Below, piece by piece: positions 51,267 to 64,000 of a stretch of 64,000 nt of DNA (position 1 is the first letter of the stretch; each line of letters opens with the position of its first letter). The notes beneath the pieces were generated by a model. It saw only the letters and a list, made by a program, of their open reading frames with translations. It did no database searches and was not told where the DNA came from. The position numbers were made by a program, and so were the translations under genes. Origin of the DNA: Camelus ferus (lineage: Eukaryota); NCBI RefSeq assembly GCF_009834535.1, contig NC_045696.1:18354001-18418000 (forward strand). Reading direction: 5' to 3'.

Positions 51267-53389
51267 AAGCTTAATTATTTTTAATTGTCACTAATTAATA
51301 CACACCACCAAGGCATTGGTCAAAACCAAATCCTCCCCCAGTTCTGTCCATAGCTCTGCCATCTTCTCCCATGAAGAACTTTGAATGTAATTTTGGAACT
51401 ATACTTACAATTTTCTGCCTTTTTGGTATTAAGAGACAGTTTTCAAAAATTAAAAAAAAAAATTCTAATTCATTGTTGCATTCCCAAACACTGGTGTAAC
51501 ACTTCAGATATCTGAAATTCCATAGCACTTGTTTTTTCAAGCAGAATAAAGTTATTTGAAGCCTGCATCTTATGGAAGCTCAATACATAAAACAGATGCT
51601 CTGGTTAATATTAAGGAGATAATTAGAAATGTTTGACCTCCTTTTCAGACCTCACTTCAGTGGGATTCGATCACATGAGTTGCATCTTCATGTTAAGATC
51701 CAGCGCCAGAAATTCTGATCCAATACAACTCGAATTTACCTTTCAGGAAGAGCCTCATATGATTGTGAACCTACTCCAATATCAAACTGTTACATTCAGG
51801 ATTCAGTTCAAGGGCTCTTTCCTAATCTTGAATTCTATAATTCTACAGAATGTTGTTTTTCTATATGTCTTGATACCCATATTTCTCCATGCATTTTCTC
51901 CCTCCCACTCTCTCTCTCCCCTAAATATATCTGTATGTGGAAAAAATTCTGGGTAGTATATGCATAGATTAATATGTAAAATATATTAATATTCCAATAA
52001 ATAGAAACCCATTCAAAATTTTTGAAATCATATTTGGAAAAATAGAATAAATTTAGGATATTTTTGTAACTTGTCTTACCCTAAAGATATTTATTATGAA
52101 TAATGCTGCAAATATATTAACAAGGAAATATATAAAATTGGAAATATTCAATGTATTTGAAACAGATAATCATCATCGGCTTTTATTTTCAGAAACAGGT
52201 ATTTTCATTTGAATTATCTAGAGTTTTCACCACTTCACTTTGCATGGTCATGGATTAGAGAAAGTAAACTGGGTACTTGAGGGGAAAATTACTTAATATT
52301 ATTAATATTAGATTGCTTAGAATGTGATTTGATTTGATTGAATTATGAACTGAAAAGTAACAGTTTTGGTTAAATGTGTGTGAAAAGCAAATTTAAGCAT
52401 GTCTAAATTCATAAGCATGATGAATTAACAAAGTATGAAATAGCTCACACTTCATTCACTCTCCTTTGAATACCTCTCCAGTGTAGTAGCATCACTGACG
52501 TTTTCTATTGAGTTATTTCGATTCAGCTGACAGTATATCCTATAAGACTAAATTATATATTTGCATAAAATTATATGTATTGCACATCAGAGTAATCTTT
52601 CAAATTTGTCACCTTCCAAAAGAGTAATGAATCGGTGGATATATGGGATTTTGCTCCATTATTCAAACATAATGGGAGCATTGGAATATGTTAAATACAT
52701 TTAGGTGAAACATGATTTATAGACTTTGGATAGAAACCTACTGATATTGCCATCTTAATATTGTACTTCTTCATCTGTGTTATTTGTTTTAAAACGTATT
52801 TCATATTTCAAAGGGAAGTAGCATATTTTTACTTCAGTGATGGAACATTAATTGTACATTCATGCATGAAATACTGATGCGACCAGATATCACTTGCAGA
52901 ATTTCATGTGTACATTTGTTTTCTTTATAGGAATAGTGGTCCTTAATAAAACAGTGTACAGTCTTATCACTGACAAAATTAAAGAGTATAAATAATTATC
53001 ACAGAACCATCTTTATGCTTTATAAACAGAAAGATACTTTTAAAATTAAGAAGTTGAGCAAAAGTAATTTTAGCAAATGTCTTGGGAGAAACATGCTGTT
53101 GGGTATTTTCCCCAAATTTATGAATTGTTGGAGGAGAAATAGTCTGTTTTCTGAATTATCTGTGACCCCATACAATCCCAGTATCTCTTTTCAGTTCCCA
53201 CTCCTACTTTTTCAAAGCCATTCAGTATAAAGAATATCAGAATTGAAATAGCTTATGAAAATTATTTCTCATACAACCTAATTAAGAGGGAAGAAGAAAA
53301 CTACGCAGTTTCTAAATTTCTTTGGAGATTTTGCGGTTTGGAATAAGTAGAGCTTAGTGAAAATCAGTTGTCTTTGAGCAAAAATGTGT

Positions 53390-53560
53390 AGGCTGGAGTC
53401 TTGCTCCAGAACCTATTAACTCTATGACTTTGAACAGTTACATACAAGAAGGCTAGTAAGAATACTTGCAGTACAAATTTCTTGTGAGGACTAAGTAAAT
53501 TTGTAGTACATGTAAAAAGCAGTGCTTGAAATATAACGTGTAAAATAAATGCTGGTTTAA
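53390..53560 (+). mobile_element. MIR SINE fragment
   Basis: 'tattaactctatgactttgaacagtta...ttgtgaggactaagt...catgtaaaaagc'. Confidence 0.6.
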
Positions 53561-53876
53561 ATTATTTTTGCCTGGTTCCTTAGATACATGCAATTTACCA
53601 CTTTTTTTTTTCTCATATATATCCACTAGCATTGTCTTTCAGGTATGTTTAGCAGTGCTATTCCTATCTGTTAAAATATTTGATCATGTCTTTCACAGGG
53701 AGTAAGATACTTGTTCTATTAAAAGTTTCATTAATTGTTAGTTTTTGCCTGTACAAATGTATTGGCGTGGTCAAGAGAAACTCTACTCAAGGTCATTGAC
53801 TCTCAGGTAGGAGAAATTAAAATATAAAAATAAAAATAAAAATCAAGGGAGAGCATTCTATTTTACAATGCTTTAT

Positions 53877-55563
53877 TTTTATTTTTTTAATAGAAATGTA
53901 GTTGATGTACAGTATTATGTTAGTTTCAGGTGTAGAGCATAATGATCTGATTTACATACACTACAAAATGATCACCATGATAAATCTAATAATCATCTGT
54001 CACCATACAAAGTTATAGAATTATTGACCATATTTCTTATGCTATATATTACATCCCTGTGACATACATATAACTGAAGGTTTGTACCTCTTAATTCCCA
54101 TCATCTACTTTTCCCATGCACCCACCCCCTCCCTTTGGACAACCACCCATTTGTTCTTCGTATCTATAAGTCTGTTTCATCTTGTTTTGTTTGTCTGTTT
54201 TGGTTTTTAGATTCTACATATAAGTGAGATCATGAAGTATTTTTCTTTCTTTGCCTGACTTACTTCACTTGTGTAATACACTCTAGATCTATCCATACTG
54301 TTGCAAATGGTAAGATTTAACTTTTTATAGCTGAGTAATATTCCATTGTATATATTTAGTACCTCTTCTTTATCCATTCCTCTACGGATAGACACTTAGT
54401 TTGCTTCAGTATTTTGACTATTGTAAATAATACTGCAATGAACATTTGGATGCAGATATCATTTCAAATTTTGTTTTCTTTAGATAAATACACAGAAGTG
54501 GAACAGCTGGCTGATAAAGCAGTTCTATTTTAAAATTTTTGAGGAACTTTCATAACGTTTTTCTTAGTAACTGCACCAATTTATATTCCCACAAATAGTG
54601 CTCAAATTTTCCCTTTCTCCACATCTTCACCAACACTTGTTGTCTCATGTCTTTTGATAATAAAAAGTTCTGACAGGTGTGAGGTAATATCTTATTCTGG
54701 TTTTGACTTGCATTTCCCTGATGATTAGTGATGTTGAGCATCTGTTCAGTACACTTTGGCCATCTGTATGTCTTCTTCAGAAACATGTCGGTTCAGGTCC
54801 TCCGCCCATTTTTTGATCAGGTTGTTTGTTTTGGGATTGCTGAGTTGTATAGATTCTTCTGTATTTTGGATATTAATCCTTTAACAGACATATTGTTTGT
54901 AAATACCTCTCCCAGTCAATAGACTGTCTTTTTGTTTTGTTGACAGTTTCCTTCCCAACGCAAAAGCTTTTTAGTTTGATGTCATCCCATTTGTTTAATT
55001 TTGCATTTATTTCCCTTGCCTGAGGGGAAATATTCAAAAAAATAACTTATGTCTAAGAGTGCACTGCCTATGTTTTCTTTCAGACCAGCCCTGGACTTCT
55101 TGTTTATTGGGAGTTTTTTGTTTGTTTGTTTGTTTGTTTTTTCACTGATTCATTATCGTTACTGGTTTCCCAGTTTCTTCTAGGTTATCTCTTTTATTGG
55201 CATATAATTATTTGTATTTATCTTGTATAGTCCTTTGCATTTCTGTGGTGTCAGCTGTAACTTTTCTTTCATTTCCAATTTTATCTTTTTGGGGTCTCTC
55301 TCTTTTTTTCTTGATGAGTCTGGCTAGAGGTTTATCAATTTTGTTTATCTTTTCAAAGATGTAGCTCTTAGTTTCATTGATCTTTTCAATTGTTTTTCCC
55401 AGTGTCTAATTCATTTATTACTTCTCTGGTCTTTATGATTTTTTTTCCTTCCACTAACTTTGAGTTTTGTTTGTTCTTCTTTTTCTAGTTCCTTTTGGTG
55501 TAAGTTGAGATTGTTTATTTGCATTTTTTTTTTTTTATTCTTGAGGTAGGTTAGTATTGCTTT
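53877..55563 (-). mobile_element. 5'-truncated L1 with ~1.5 kb internal deletion spanning the RT domain
   Basis: 3'UTR and ORF2 C-terminus 53877-55082 joined to the pre-RT ORF2 region 55083-55563; perfect 9-bp TSD atgctttat at 53868-53876 and 55564-55572. Confidence 0.92.
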
Positions 55564-56769
55564 ATGCTTTATAGAATAAAAAGGTCTTCTGTAATATTTA
55601 TTCTCTTTAATTTTACCAGTGATAAAATTTTATAGTCTTATAAAGGATTACTATTAATAATGTTATTACATGTGAAGTATTTTGAATATCTCTTTTGCAG
55701 TAGACAAAAGGATGATCAGAGAAGTATATGATAATTCAAATACAATTCTTGAATCTAAACCTAACTGTTTTTTTTAATTACTAATGCTACTTTAAGCTTT
55801 CTATCTTTAATCATCACTACCCACATGAAATTATTATTCATCTCTTTATTGGAAACCCAGAATTATACAGCCCTTTGCCTTCCTTAATAAAGAGATATAA
55901 GCACATTTAAATAAGTAAAACTTCTGTGAATGATTTATATGTGGAAATTTACATGGTTAGGATTGTGGGAACTTTTAAATCAATACACAAATGAGCTGTG
56001 TCTTCTAAGCATCTCAGATGTCCACTGGAGACTCTGTAGGCAGTTCTGAAACCTAGTTTACAGTTTTGAGGCTACTTGTGGACCATTTAGCACACTGAAG
56101 CCTTAGTTAAATGATGCCTTTGGGGCCTAAAGTACTTAAGCAACCCTAACCAACTTTCCAACATATCAAAAATAATTTCAAGATTATTATTAATAAAAAG
56201 TTAACACCAAAGTTTTTTTTTTATTTGTAGTTATGTTACAAATTGACAAAAGACTGGAAAGAGACCTTTAGAAGCCATTTATTTCTTTTAAGAAAAAATA
56301 TTTGTGTTTACTTGATCAAAGGCAAAAGATACCAAATTGTCCGTGTTATTTGCATTCAATTTCACTAGTTTCTTTTCAAATAACTTTCAATAAAATTCGT
56401 CATTGGCCAGTTTAAATTCTTTGCTTCTTTCAGGGAAATGGAGATGAACTGTAATACTCTTTGTCATAATGGTGCTGTATATTTAAATCAGATTTCAGAA
56501 TTCACTTTTTTCCCCTAAGAATAATTCTAATAATCTTAAAAATCTTTTGATTTGATTCATACTTTAATAATCCTGGTTTCCCTTGAATCCATTACAGAAT
56601 TGTTCTGAATCAGAGAATGGTGAGATGACTAGAGACTGATCATGATCAATCTGATAATGTGTATAAAATTGCACAAAAATTACATAGTATGTGGTCAATA
56701 AATGTCTCTTTAGCAGGTGAATGATTAGTGAAATGATTTTACAAGTTGGCCACTAAAGACAGAATCAGG

Positions 56770-56925
56770 CAGAATGAGCCTGAACCTCAGCCTTAACTTC
56801 TTCACCTACAAAATGGCTTTTCCAGTTATAAATTCCCAAAGGGTTTTATGAAGAATAAATCATTCACTATGTGTATGGCACCTACAATAGTGACTGGTCA
56901 GTAGTAGTCACTATAAAATCATTTG
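56770..56925 (+). mobile_element. MIR SINE fragment
   Basis: 'aacctcagccttaacttcttcacctacaaaatgg...agggttttatgaagaataaat'. Confidence 0.65.
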
Positions 56926-57268
56926 CTTTTGGAAATATTAGGATTTAAACAAACAAAAATAAGCAGAAACAAACAGTTTGAAAATAAATGTGCATCTCAA
57001 CAAGACAGGGCTCCAAAACAAACAAACGAACAGCCAACCAGATTTTAGGCTTTAAATCATTAGTCTCATATTTTTAAAATGGGTTTAAAATGCCAGATTT
57101 CTGATTCAGATTGGTATCAGGAATCTTTTCTAATATATTTATGTAATTTCACATAAGAGTGTATTACCAAGCTTACTTTATTTAAAAAAATATTCCTTAA
57201 AAAGATAAAATGTATAGGGGTGTAATTTCGTATGCAAACTCCTATGTTATGCAGATTAGTATGTAGAG

Positions 57269-57500
57269 CAGGGGTCGGTCGGCAAAAAAGGCCCCTCAGC
57301 CAAATCCATCTCACTGCCTCTTTTGTAAGTAGAATATTAATGGAAAATGGTTATGCGCATCCCTTATATACTATACTGTCCGTGGCTGCTCTTATACTAC
57401 CATGTTAGAGTTGAGTAGTTGCAACAGAAAACTTATGGCCCACGATACTGAAATGATTTACTCTCTGGCCCATCACAAGAAATGTTTACAGATAGCTTGG
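57269..57500. mobile_element. MER58A hAT-Charlie MITE
   Basis: TIR 'caggggtcgg...caaa'; 'gagttgagtagttgcaacaga...tatggcccac...atttactctctggccc'. Confidence 0.88.
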
Positions 57501-58569
57501 GTAAATAATGAAAAACAAAAATATGCAGGGATTGAATATATTACTGAATACATCTGAATTATGTAAAAATAATAAACTCTTAGCATTGTGACTAAAAATG
57601 CATAATCCATTAAAGACATTTTCATCTAGAACTGAGAACTGACAAAATTAATGCTCTTTTTTAAAACTGATTAGGCTTACTCTGAAATATTAATGTTCTT
57701 AATATATTCAGAGATTGTTGCAAGTAAAAGAATAGATCTATCTAAAGCAAGAGAATATTTAGATAATATACATAACATTGGATACTACATTTGGAAGCCC
57801 ATGTAACAATGTATGTTAACATCATTTTAAAACAAGAAAACAGGAATTATGCAGTCATCTCAAAAATAAGATTAATTGTATATTATGTAGTGACGCAAAA
57901 CCTCAACATATTCTATGCAGCAGAAACTACAGATTTTGTACAAACTAACCCCTTCCCCACCCCAAGGGAAAGAAAAAAAACCAGTGAAAACAAAAGCAAA
58001 ACTATTACAGACATTTCTAATTAAATTTTAAAATTCTAAAAGTTATTTATTCAAATAGTGGTTTAGAACAAATATTACAAATTTTATTGAAAACTGCAGT
58101 AAAGAAAATACAGCCTATCAAAACCAGCCAAAAATGTAATTAAAGAAAATGTATGCTCTTGAACACTTCAAAAAAGAATAGAATTAAAATTATTGGGCAT
58201 TAATGGAGGGGAAAATTAATACAAAGTATAACAAAATAAACAAGTATGTACATGCCAAAATTAATTAGTATTCAGGTAAAAGCTATAGAATTGATCACAG
58301 AATTCAAGAATTCATAGAGTCTTTAAGACCATTAGCCAATTTAAGTTGATGTAACTTACTACACAGGAATAAACCAGGTAAATCAGAATAAAAAGGGGTT
58401 GACGCATAGTTAATTATAAATCAGTACAATGAATGGGTAGTTTGACAGCAGTCTAAGTTATTTTAGGATGGGGAATAAATTAAGGTTGGATAAAATGGAA
58501 GGCTTAAAGCTGTGTAAAGGTGTTACAGAAACTTTTGATGAAGTTTATATCTACAGTTTGACCTAATTG

Positions 58570-58880
58570 GATATTAAAAAGAATGGAACTTAGCAAATAC
58601 ATTGATCCTCCCCAAACTGATCTCCAGTTTTAATGCAATTCTTATCAAAATGCCAGTGAGAATTTTTGTTGACACAAAAAAACAACTATTATTTATATGC
58701 AAAGGCATGGGCCCTAGAATAGCAAATAAACAAACAAACAAAATCTTGAAGAATAAAGTAACAGGAATCACTCTGTTTGATATTATCTTATAAAGAATAA
58801 GACACCATGGTATGGTGGAGGGAGAGATACATATATGATTGGAACAGAGCAGAGAGCTCAGAAATATACCCACTCAAGTA
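58570..58880 (+). mobile_element. Old L1 ORF2 fragment
   Basis: ORF 58602-58793 'ILPKLISSFNAILIKMP...GPRIA...ILKNK..GITL.D' matches the L1 ORF2 post-RT region. Confidence 0.8.
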
Positions 58881-61800
58881 TTTTCTGAAAACGTTTTTAA
58901 AATGACATAATAAAATAGTAAATCAGTCATACAATTTCTAATGCAACAGATAACGTACATATATACGTATGTATATATGTATATACATATACTGGCGTCT
59001 AAGGAGGCTGTTCTGTGAATCAAATATGACCTTAGATAATACAGTACAACTATTTTTTTGCAAATAAGAATTTATTGGACATAGATCCTGTCTTGGAAAT
59101 GCTACTTTTTCCTTTAAATCAGATGAAATTTGCTTTCGAGTCTCATTCCTAGAACCCCTCCAGTTATCAGATTCTGTTACTTGCTACAGTCTATCCTATT
59201 ACCCCAGTTGACAAGATTCTTTCAGCCACGCAACCAAGGCCTAAAGTTCAATTTCAAAGTCTGAGGCCAGGAGAACTGTCAGGTAACCTCCGGTCTTGCT
59301 ACCTTGCTCTGTGCTACATTGAGTAGGCTTGGATCCATCACATTTCCTAGGAAATGCCAACCTCATTTTTCCATTTCTGGTCATTTGTCTTTCCACTCGT
59401 CCCTGCACATCATAATCTACTCTAAGCAATTGTGGGTTTTTTGGAGAACAAAGGCCAAGGATATAAATATCTGTAGGCAAATCCTAGATTTACTTCTGCA
59501 GAATTAACTGACTTTGAAGAAACTGAGCACAGACATCATTGACCAAATTTGTATGAGGTTCCCACCATACTGCTAATGGGCCTTCTTAACAGCGTTAACT
59601 TGGCCAAGTTTTATACCCTGAAAATAGATCTTTTAAATAATCCAGTTAAAAGTCTAACAGCTGTCAATACAGGACAAAATGAGTATTATCTGGGGATTAG
59701 AATTATTTTAATATTAGTTGTCTATTTTAGCTTTTACATGCCATTAACTTATTTACTAAGGAAAAAAAAATGCCTAGTTTCTGGCATTGATATGAAATAC
59801 TAAAAATATAAGCAGAATCCTTGGGAATAACACAGCAGAGGGCCAGAAAGAAAGGGAGATCTCAGGCACGCCAATTACTCTGTGTTGATCTACCCAATCC
59901 ACTTGCCTGTGCTGATCATATTGGGCATCTGAACAGGCACAAGCTTTGCCCATCTAAGGTAGAGCGGCTGACACAGAGGGAAAACAAGGGCTTTCAAATG
60001 TGGAAATGATTAAGGCATCTTTCCAGTTTATCTTCAACTATGGGGGAGAGAATCTGCTACAATTCCGATCTGCAGCGATAACGAGCAAGATAATTATCCT
60101 CTCTGCATAATCTATACGTTTAATTTAATTGAGCCTAATTCTCCTTTTAAATTCCCAAAGGGAGATCGTTCTTGATGTCAGAAAATTTACCCTTGGGAAT
60201 CTTTCTTTCCCACTCTGCGAATTTCCTTGAAGTGGGAGAAATTACGTTGTGCAAATCTCATTTATTTCCCAAATATCATTTAAAGATGTTCAATCAAAAA
60301 TTATTTTACCAGCTTCTGTTTGAGTTTGTTATTCCACCAGAATTGAGATAAAGAGATTCAAAAATTTTTAAAATGTGTTTTCTTCTTAAATAATAAAACA
60401 GACTGAAGTGTGTATGTGCCCACACGTGCATGCACGACACTCACATGAACAAACATGAAAAACAAACAAAAATTTATCACCAGCAATTTTTAAAGTGCTC
60501 TAGGAAAAATAACCCCTTTCCTATTTCCTCAGTTTTCATATCATATTAAAAAAAAAAATGTATGTTTCTGCTGGCCTTTCATGTGAAAGTCTTCCTCCGG
60601 GGATACCCTGCAGGAAAAACTCCCACATGGTTTGGGGCGTGGATTAAGGTTATGGCATTATTTGACAAGCATTGTTGCATCTTACTTATAGCTTCTTTTA
60701 TTGATCTTTAAAACATCTGAGCAAGTCTCTGACAGTGATGTGGGGGAATTCTTTAAAAAACATATAAATGATTTGGAGTTGAACATCCATTCTTACATTT
60801 TCATTCCAAATTTTTGATGATAGAGATAAATGCAAAGGAAAACCCTATGAATTAATTATACATCCTTAATGGGCTATAAGCATTTATTTTTGTGCAAAAT
60901 AAATAGTAGTAGTCTTTGTTTCTCAAAAGCGTTATGTATAAAAGTGAGTTTAAGGTAATCTTTTGGAGAATGCAAATAACTGGTAATTACAAAATCATTC
61001 AAAAAAAGCTGTCTCACCTGCTGTATTTATATTTTTATTGGCTGCCATCTAGCTATTTCCCTCATTTTTTTTCCTGAATTTCATTCCAATAATATGTTCA
61101 GTGTATAAAATTTGAAAAGTATATTACAGTATAAGGAAGCATCTGTTAACCGCTATTATTCCAAAGTCCGTTCAATGAGAAGGCACTTGGTATTTGTCCA
61201 TATACAATTCTATTTTTCAATGTATATTTTAAATAAAATACATCTCTGGAAAAAAATAGCAGTGATAATTCAGCTACATTCTTGATTGTGTAACAATGGG
61301 AATTACTTGCCAAAACTTCTACTCTTTGGGGGAGGTGCCTGCTAAAGAATGTTAACCCCTTTATTCATCTTCCACCCTAAGGAAAGCAAGTGATTTAAAA
61401 GATGGGAGGAGGGGCTGAGAGCCTGGTGTTCATTGGCTGCATTTTGTTACTGAGCAGGATGAAAGTGACACATTCAAACTACAACAGAGATTTGCAGCCA
61501 GGCACGTTGACATGGATGCTGTTGAAGCATAATAAACCTTAGTTTTTCCAAACATGTTACAAATATAGATTTTCTTTTGATAAATGTTATATTTTTCTTC
61601 ATATACAAATTGTGTATTTTTCACCACTTATTCTGAATTTATTAATATTTTTACAGTGAGTGTCATTTTCTCTATATTTTATAAATGTTTATTTGCTACT
61701 TTAAAAGAGTAATATTAATTTTTGTTTTTGTATTCTGCTAGGACTCACTTAGTAACTTCTAATTTATTTTAAAGCTTTTTCATTTGATCAGAATAGATGT

Positions 61801-62017
61801 TTAAATGTCCTCATTCAAATAAACAGTATAAATCCCTAGCCATTTAAAAAATATTGTTTGTTTTGAACAATATTGTTTTCATTGTTCCTTTGATAAGGAT
61901 GTAAGAATTATGACAAAATGTAACAGAAGCATTCTGGCAAATCACACAGTTTGAAATACCATGCATTTCATAAACAAGAGGTGGAGAAGAATTTCCAGCC
62001 TTAGGATTGCAACCGAC

Positions 62018-62300
62018 TTTTTTTTTTTTTAAACATTTTTTATTGATTTATAATCATTTTACAATGTTGTGTCAAATTCCAGTGTTCAGCACAATTTTTC
62101 AGTTATTCATGGACATATACACACTCATTGTCACATTTTTTTCACTGTGAGTTATCATAACATTTTGTGTATATTTCCCTGTGCTATACAGTGTAGTCTA
62201 TTCTACAATTTTGAATCCCAGTCTATCCCTTCCCACCCTCCACCCCCCTGGTAACCACAAGTCTGTATTCTCTGTCTGTGAGTCTATTTCTGTCCTTTAT
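62018..62300 (-). mobile_element. Short, young camelid-type L1 3' end
   Basis: Poly-T then 'aacattttttattgatttataatcattttacaatgttgtgtcaaattccagtg...cccttcccaccctccacccccctggtaaccacaagtctg'. Confidence 0.88.
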
Positions 62301-62384
62301 TTTATTTAATAAAATGTAATCACATTGCTAGAAATTGTTAAAAGAATACAATATTCTCAGCAAATATTTACTGAGCACCTATTA

Positions 62385-62842
62385 TGTTCGATGAAATAAT
62401 TTATCTAAGAAGGAAATGGAAAATTTTATTCAAGCTAAATTGAGGATTACTAGCTAGGGACTACCTCTCAAAAAACTGCCAAAAACTGTTAAGACCATTA
62501 GAGGTCAAAACACAGTTATATAAGTTTTTAACAAAGAGAGCTGTACATTAAGTGACATTTTACTGACAGTTTACAAAATCCAGATCTATGTATGTAAAAT
62601 CAGTACTGGGTCCTGGGTCACTGTGACCTCTTGCAAGATTAAGAAGAAAGGTTATCGCCTTAAGGAATTGTCCTGTAGGTGCTAAGACAATGTTGCTTTT
62701 TATGGTTGAGCAGGTATTTCTACCGTTGGGAGCTTTGGTCAATGCATAATGTAGATACACAACGCCCAGCAGAGAGAGAAGAGGCCAAAAAGGCAGAGGA
62801 CGATTTTTATGTTGCCATAGAATATGAATTTTCATTTCATCA
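62385..62842 (-). mobile_element. ERV1-type solo LTR inserted in an L2 tail
   Basis: TG...CA bounded, ~460 bp; antisense AATAAA ('ttttatt' ~62420); preceded by the L2 3' motif 'caaatatttactgagcacctatt'. Confidence 0.65.
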
Positions 62843-62984
62843 TATGTATCTAGAAATGTTCTAGCTGCTAGGTTTTTAGTTAGTTTACAGACTATTTTGA
62901 AAAGCCATAGCTGTTACACAGTTTATAACCTGGGAGGAATTTCTAAATTAAATTAGATTAAAGTTAGTTTAAGTTAATTGTTCC

Positions 62985-63380
62985 AATTGTGTCTTAACTG
63001 AGAACTATACCCCAGGAGTCAGACTCAGATGCCTCTGGGAAATTGTTCTGAACATGTGATAGGGGAGGTCAGTGATTTTGGTGAAGGGGGATACAGGCAC
63101 TCAAGCCCACATCTTACTGGTAGGTTGCTGTTGCAAGTCACAAGGGATGAACAGATACTTCAGTTAATGATCTCAGTGCTTTTCTAAGTAAGGGATGATG
63201 AAAGAATTGGGGCTCATAAAATTTCCTCCTGAAAATATCTTATCTGAAGTCCTGTTCTGCCAGTTTGCCCAGAACACAGAGTGCCTCCACGCTGTATACC
63301 TTTCAGTATGTTGAAGGTCAGTGACTGCAGTGGCTAAGGATTCAATCCTTGTAGAACTGGATGGCAAGCAATAACTCTTT
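62985..63380 (-). mobile_element. MER41-like ERV1 LTR fragment
   Basis: 'gttgctgttgcaagtcacaagg...gttaatgatctcagtgcttttctaa...ggctcataaaatttcctcctgaaaatatct...ttgaaggtcagtgactgcagtggct'. Confidence 0.65.
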
Positions 63381-63384
63381 GAAT

Positions 63385-63640
63385 TTCCTTAAGTGATAAG
63401 AGCCATAAGGTGCCTTTTTAATGTTAATGAACTGACTTTATGAAGATACTTAAGGATGGGGGCTGGTTTCCAGTGAAGCCACGCTGTGATTATAGGGTTA
63501 GAACTTTCAGTCCCACCCCCCTGACCTCCAGGGAAAGGAGGGGGCTGGAAATTGAGTTCAATCACCAATGGTCAATGATTTCATCAATCATGCCATTGTA
63601 GGGAAGCTTCTAAAAAAACCCACAAAGGACAGAATTGGTG
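63385..63640 (+). mobile_element. MER21-like LTR fragment
   Basis: 'aggatgggggctggt...gtgattatagggttagaactttcagtcccacccc...ggggctggaaattgagttcaatcaccaatggtcaatgatttcatcaatcatgcc'. Confidence 0.8.
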
Positions 63641-63656
63641 TATACGTGGAGATTTT

Positions 63657-64000
63657 GTTACCAGAGGATAGTTTCTTGTCTTCAAGAGCAAGACATAGTA
63701 AAGTCAAGTAATACTTATTTAGAGAGATACACATTCCATAGACAGAAAGCAGGCAGGCCACCTCCAAAGCAAATGAGGTGGCCTCAGGGTATGGGGTTGT
63801 TAATTTTTATAGACCTGATAATTTTATATGCTAATAAGTGTGAGGATTTTTCCAACCATGTTGGGAAGGGGGCAGAGATTTCCAGGAATTGAGCCCCGCC
63901 TACTTTGTGGCCTTTTATGGTCAGCTTGGGAACTGTCATGGCACCTATGGGTGTGTCACTTAACTTGCTAATATATTACAATGAACCTATAAGGAGGCTC
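63657..64000 (-). mobile_element. ERV1-type LTR (MER4-group-like), runs off the window end
   Basis: Starts 'tgttaccag'; contains 'tatttagagagatacacattccatagacaga' and 'gggaactgtcatggcac...gggtgtgtca'. Confidence 0.65.

Noticed and set aside
51740..51822. Minus-strand exon-like segment with TPR-like peptide ERALELNPE and an AAG|GTAAAT donor
   Set aside because: There is an in-frame TAG before the donor, the acceptor is poor, and the sequence may be a MIR-like remnant.
56888..56915. 9-bp hairpin atagtgact...agtcactat as a miRNA or terminator
   Set aside because: Too short for a pre-miRNA, lies within a MIR relic, and is expected by chance in 64 kb.
58953..58992. Palindromic TA/CA-rich tract
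   Set aside because: The self-complementarity follows trivially from (TA)n low complexity.
1..64000. ORF track as host protein-coding genes
   Set aside because: The ORFs are short, biased toward AT-rich codons, or antisense to L1. The only recognisable ones are decayed transposon proteins, and I found no consistent exon chain.

Overview
This is AT-rich, repeat-dense mammalian genomic DNA, either intergenic or deep inside a large intron. The youngest L1 3' ends (25665-25977, 62018-62300) resemble camelid L1 as I remember it, and I saw no Alu, B1, Bov-A, PRE or CHR SINEs, so a camelid source is likely (inference, no database search). I can support no host protein-coding exon, RNA gene or CRISPR array. 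Every ORF with recognisable homology is a decayed transposon fragment (L1 ORF2, Tigger1 transposase, MER82-like element). The window holds many L1 fragments, L2 and MIR relics, Tigger/MER82/MER58/MER20/MER5 DNA transposons, MaLR and ERV1 solo LTRs, and microsatellites. I did not find a convincing novel biological system. The notable points concern transposon structure: two TSD-bounded L1 copies whose internal deletions remove the RT core, a twin-priming inverted L1, a (CA)n microsatellite inside an L1 tail, a 36-bp direct repeat 1.1 kb apart, and a stack of four LTRs. A few repeat-free stretches may be conserved non-coding elements. Repeat family names come from memory of consensus sequences, and boundaries are approximate.
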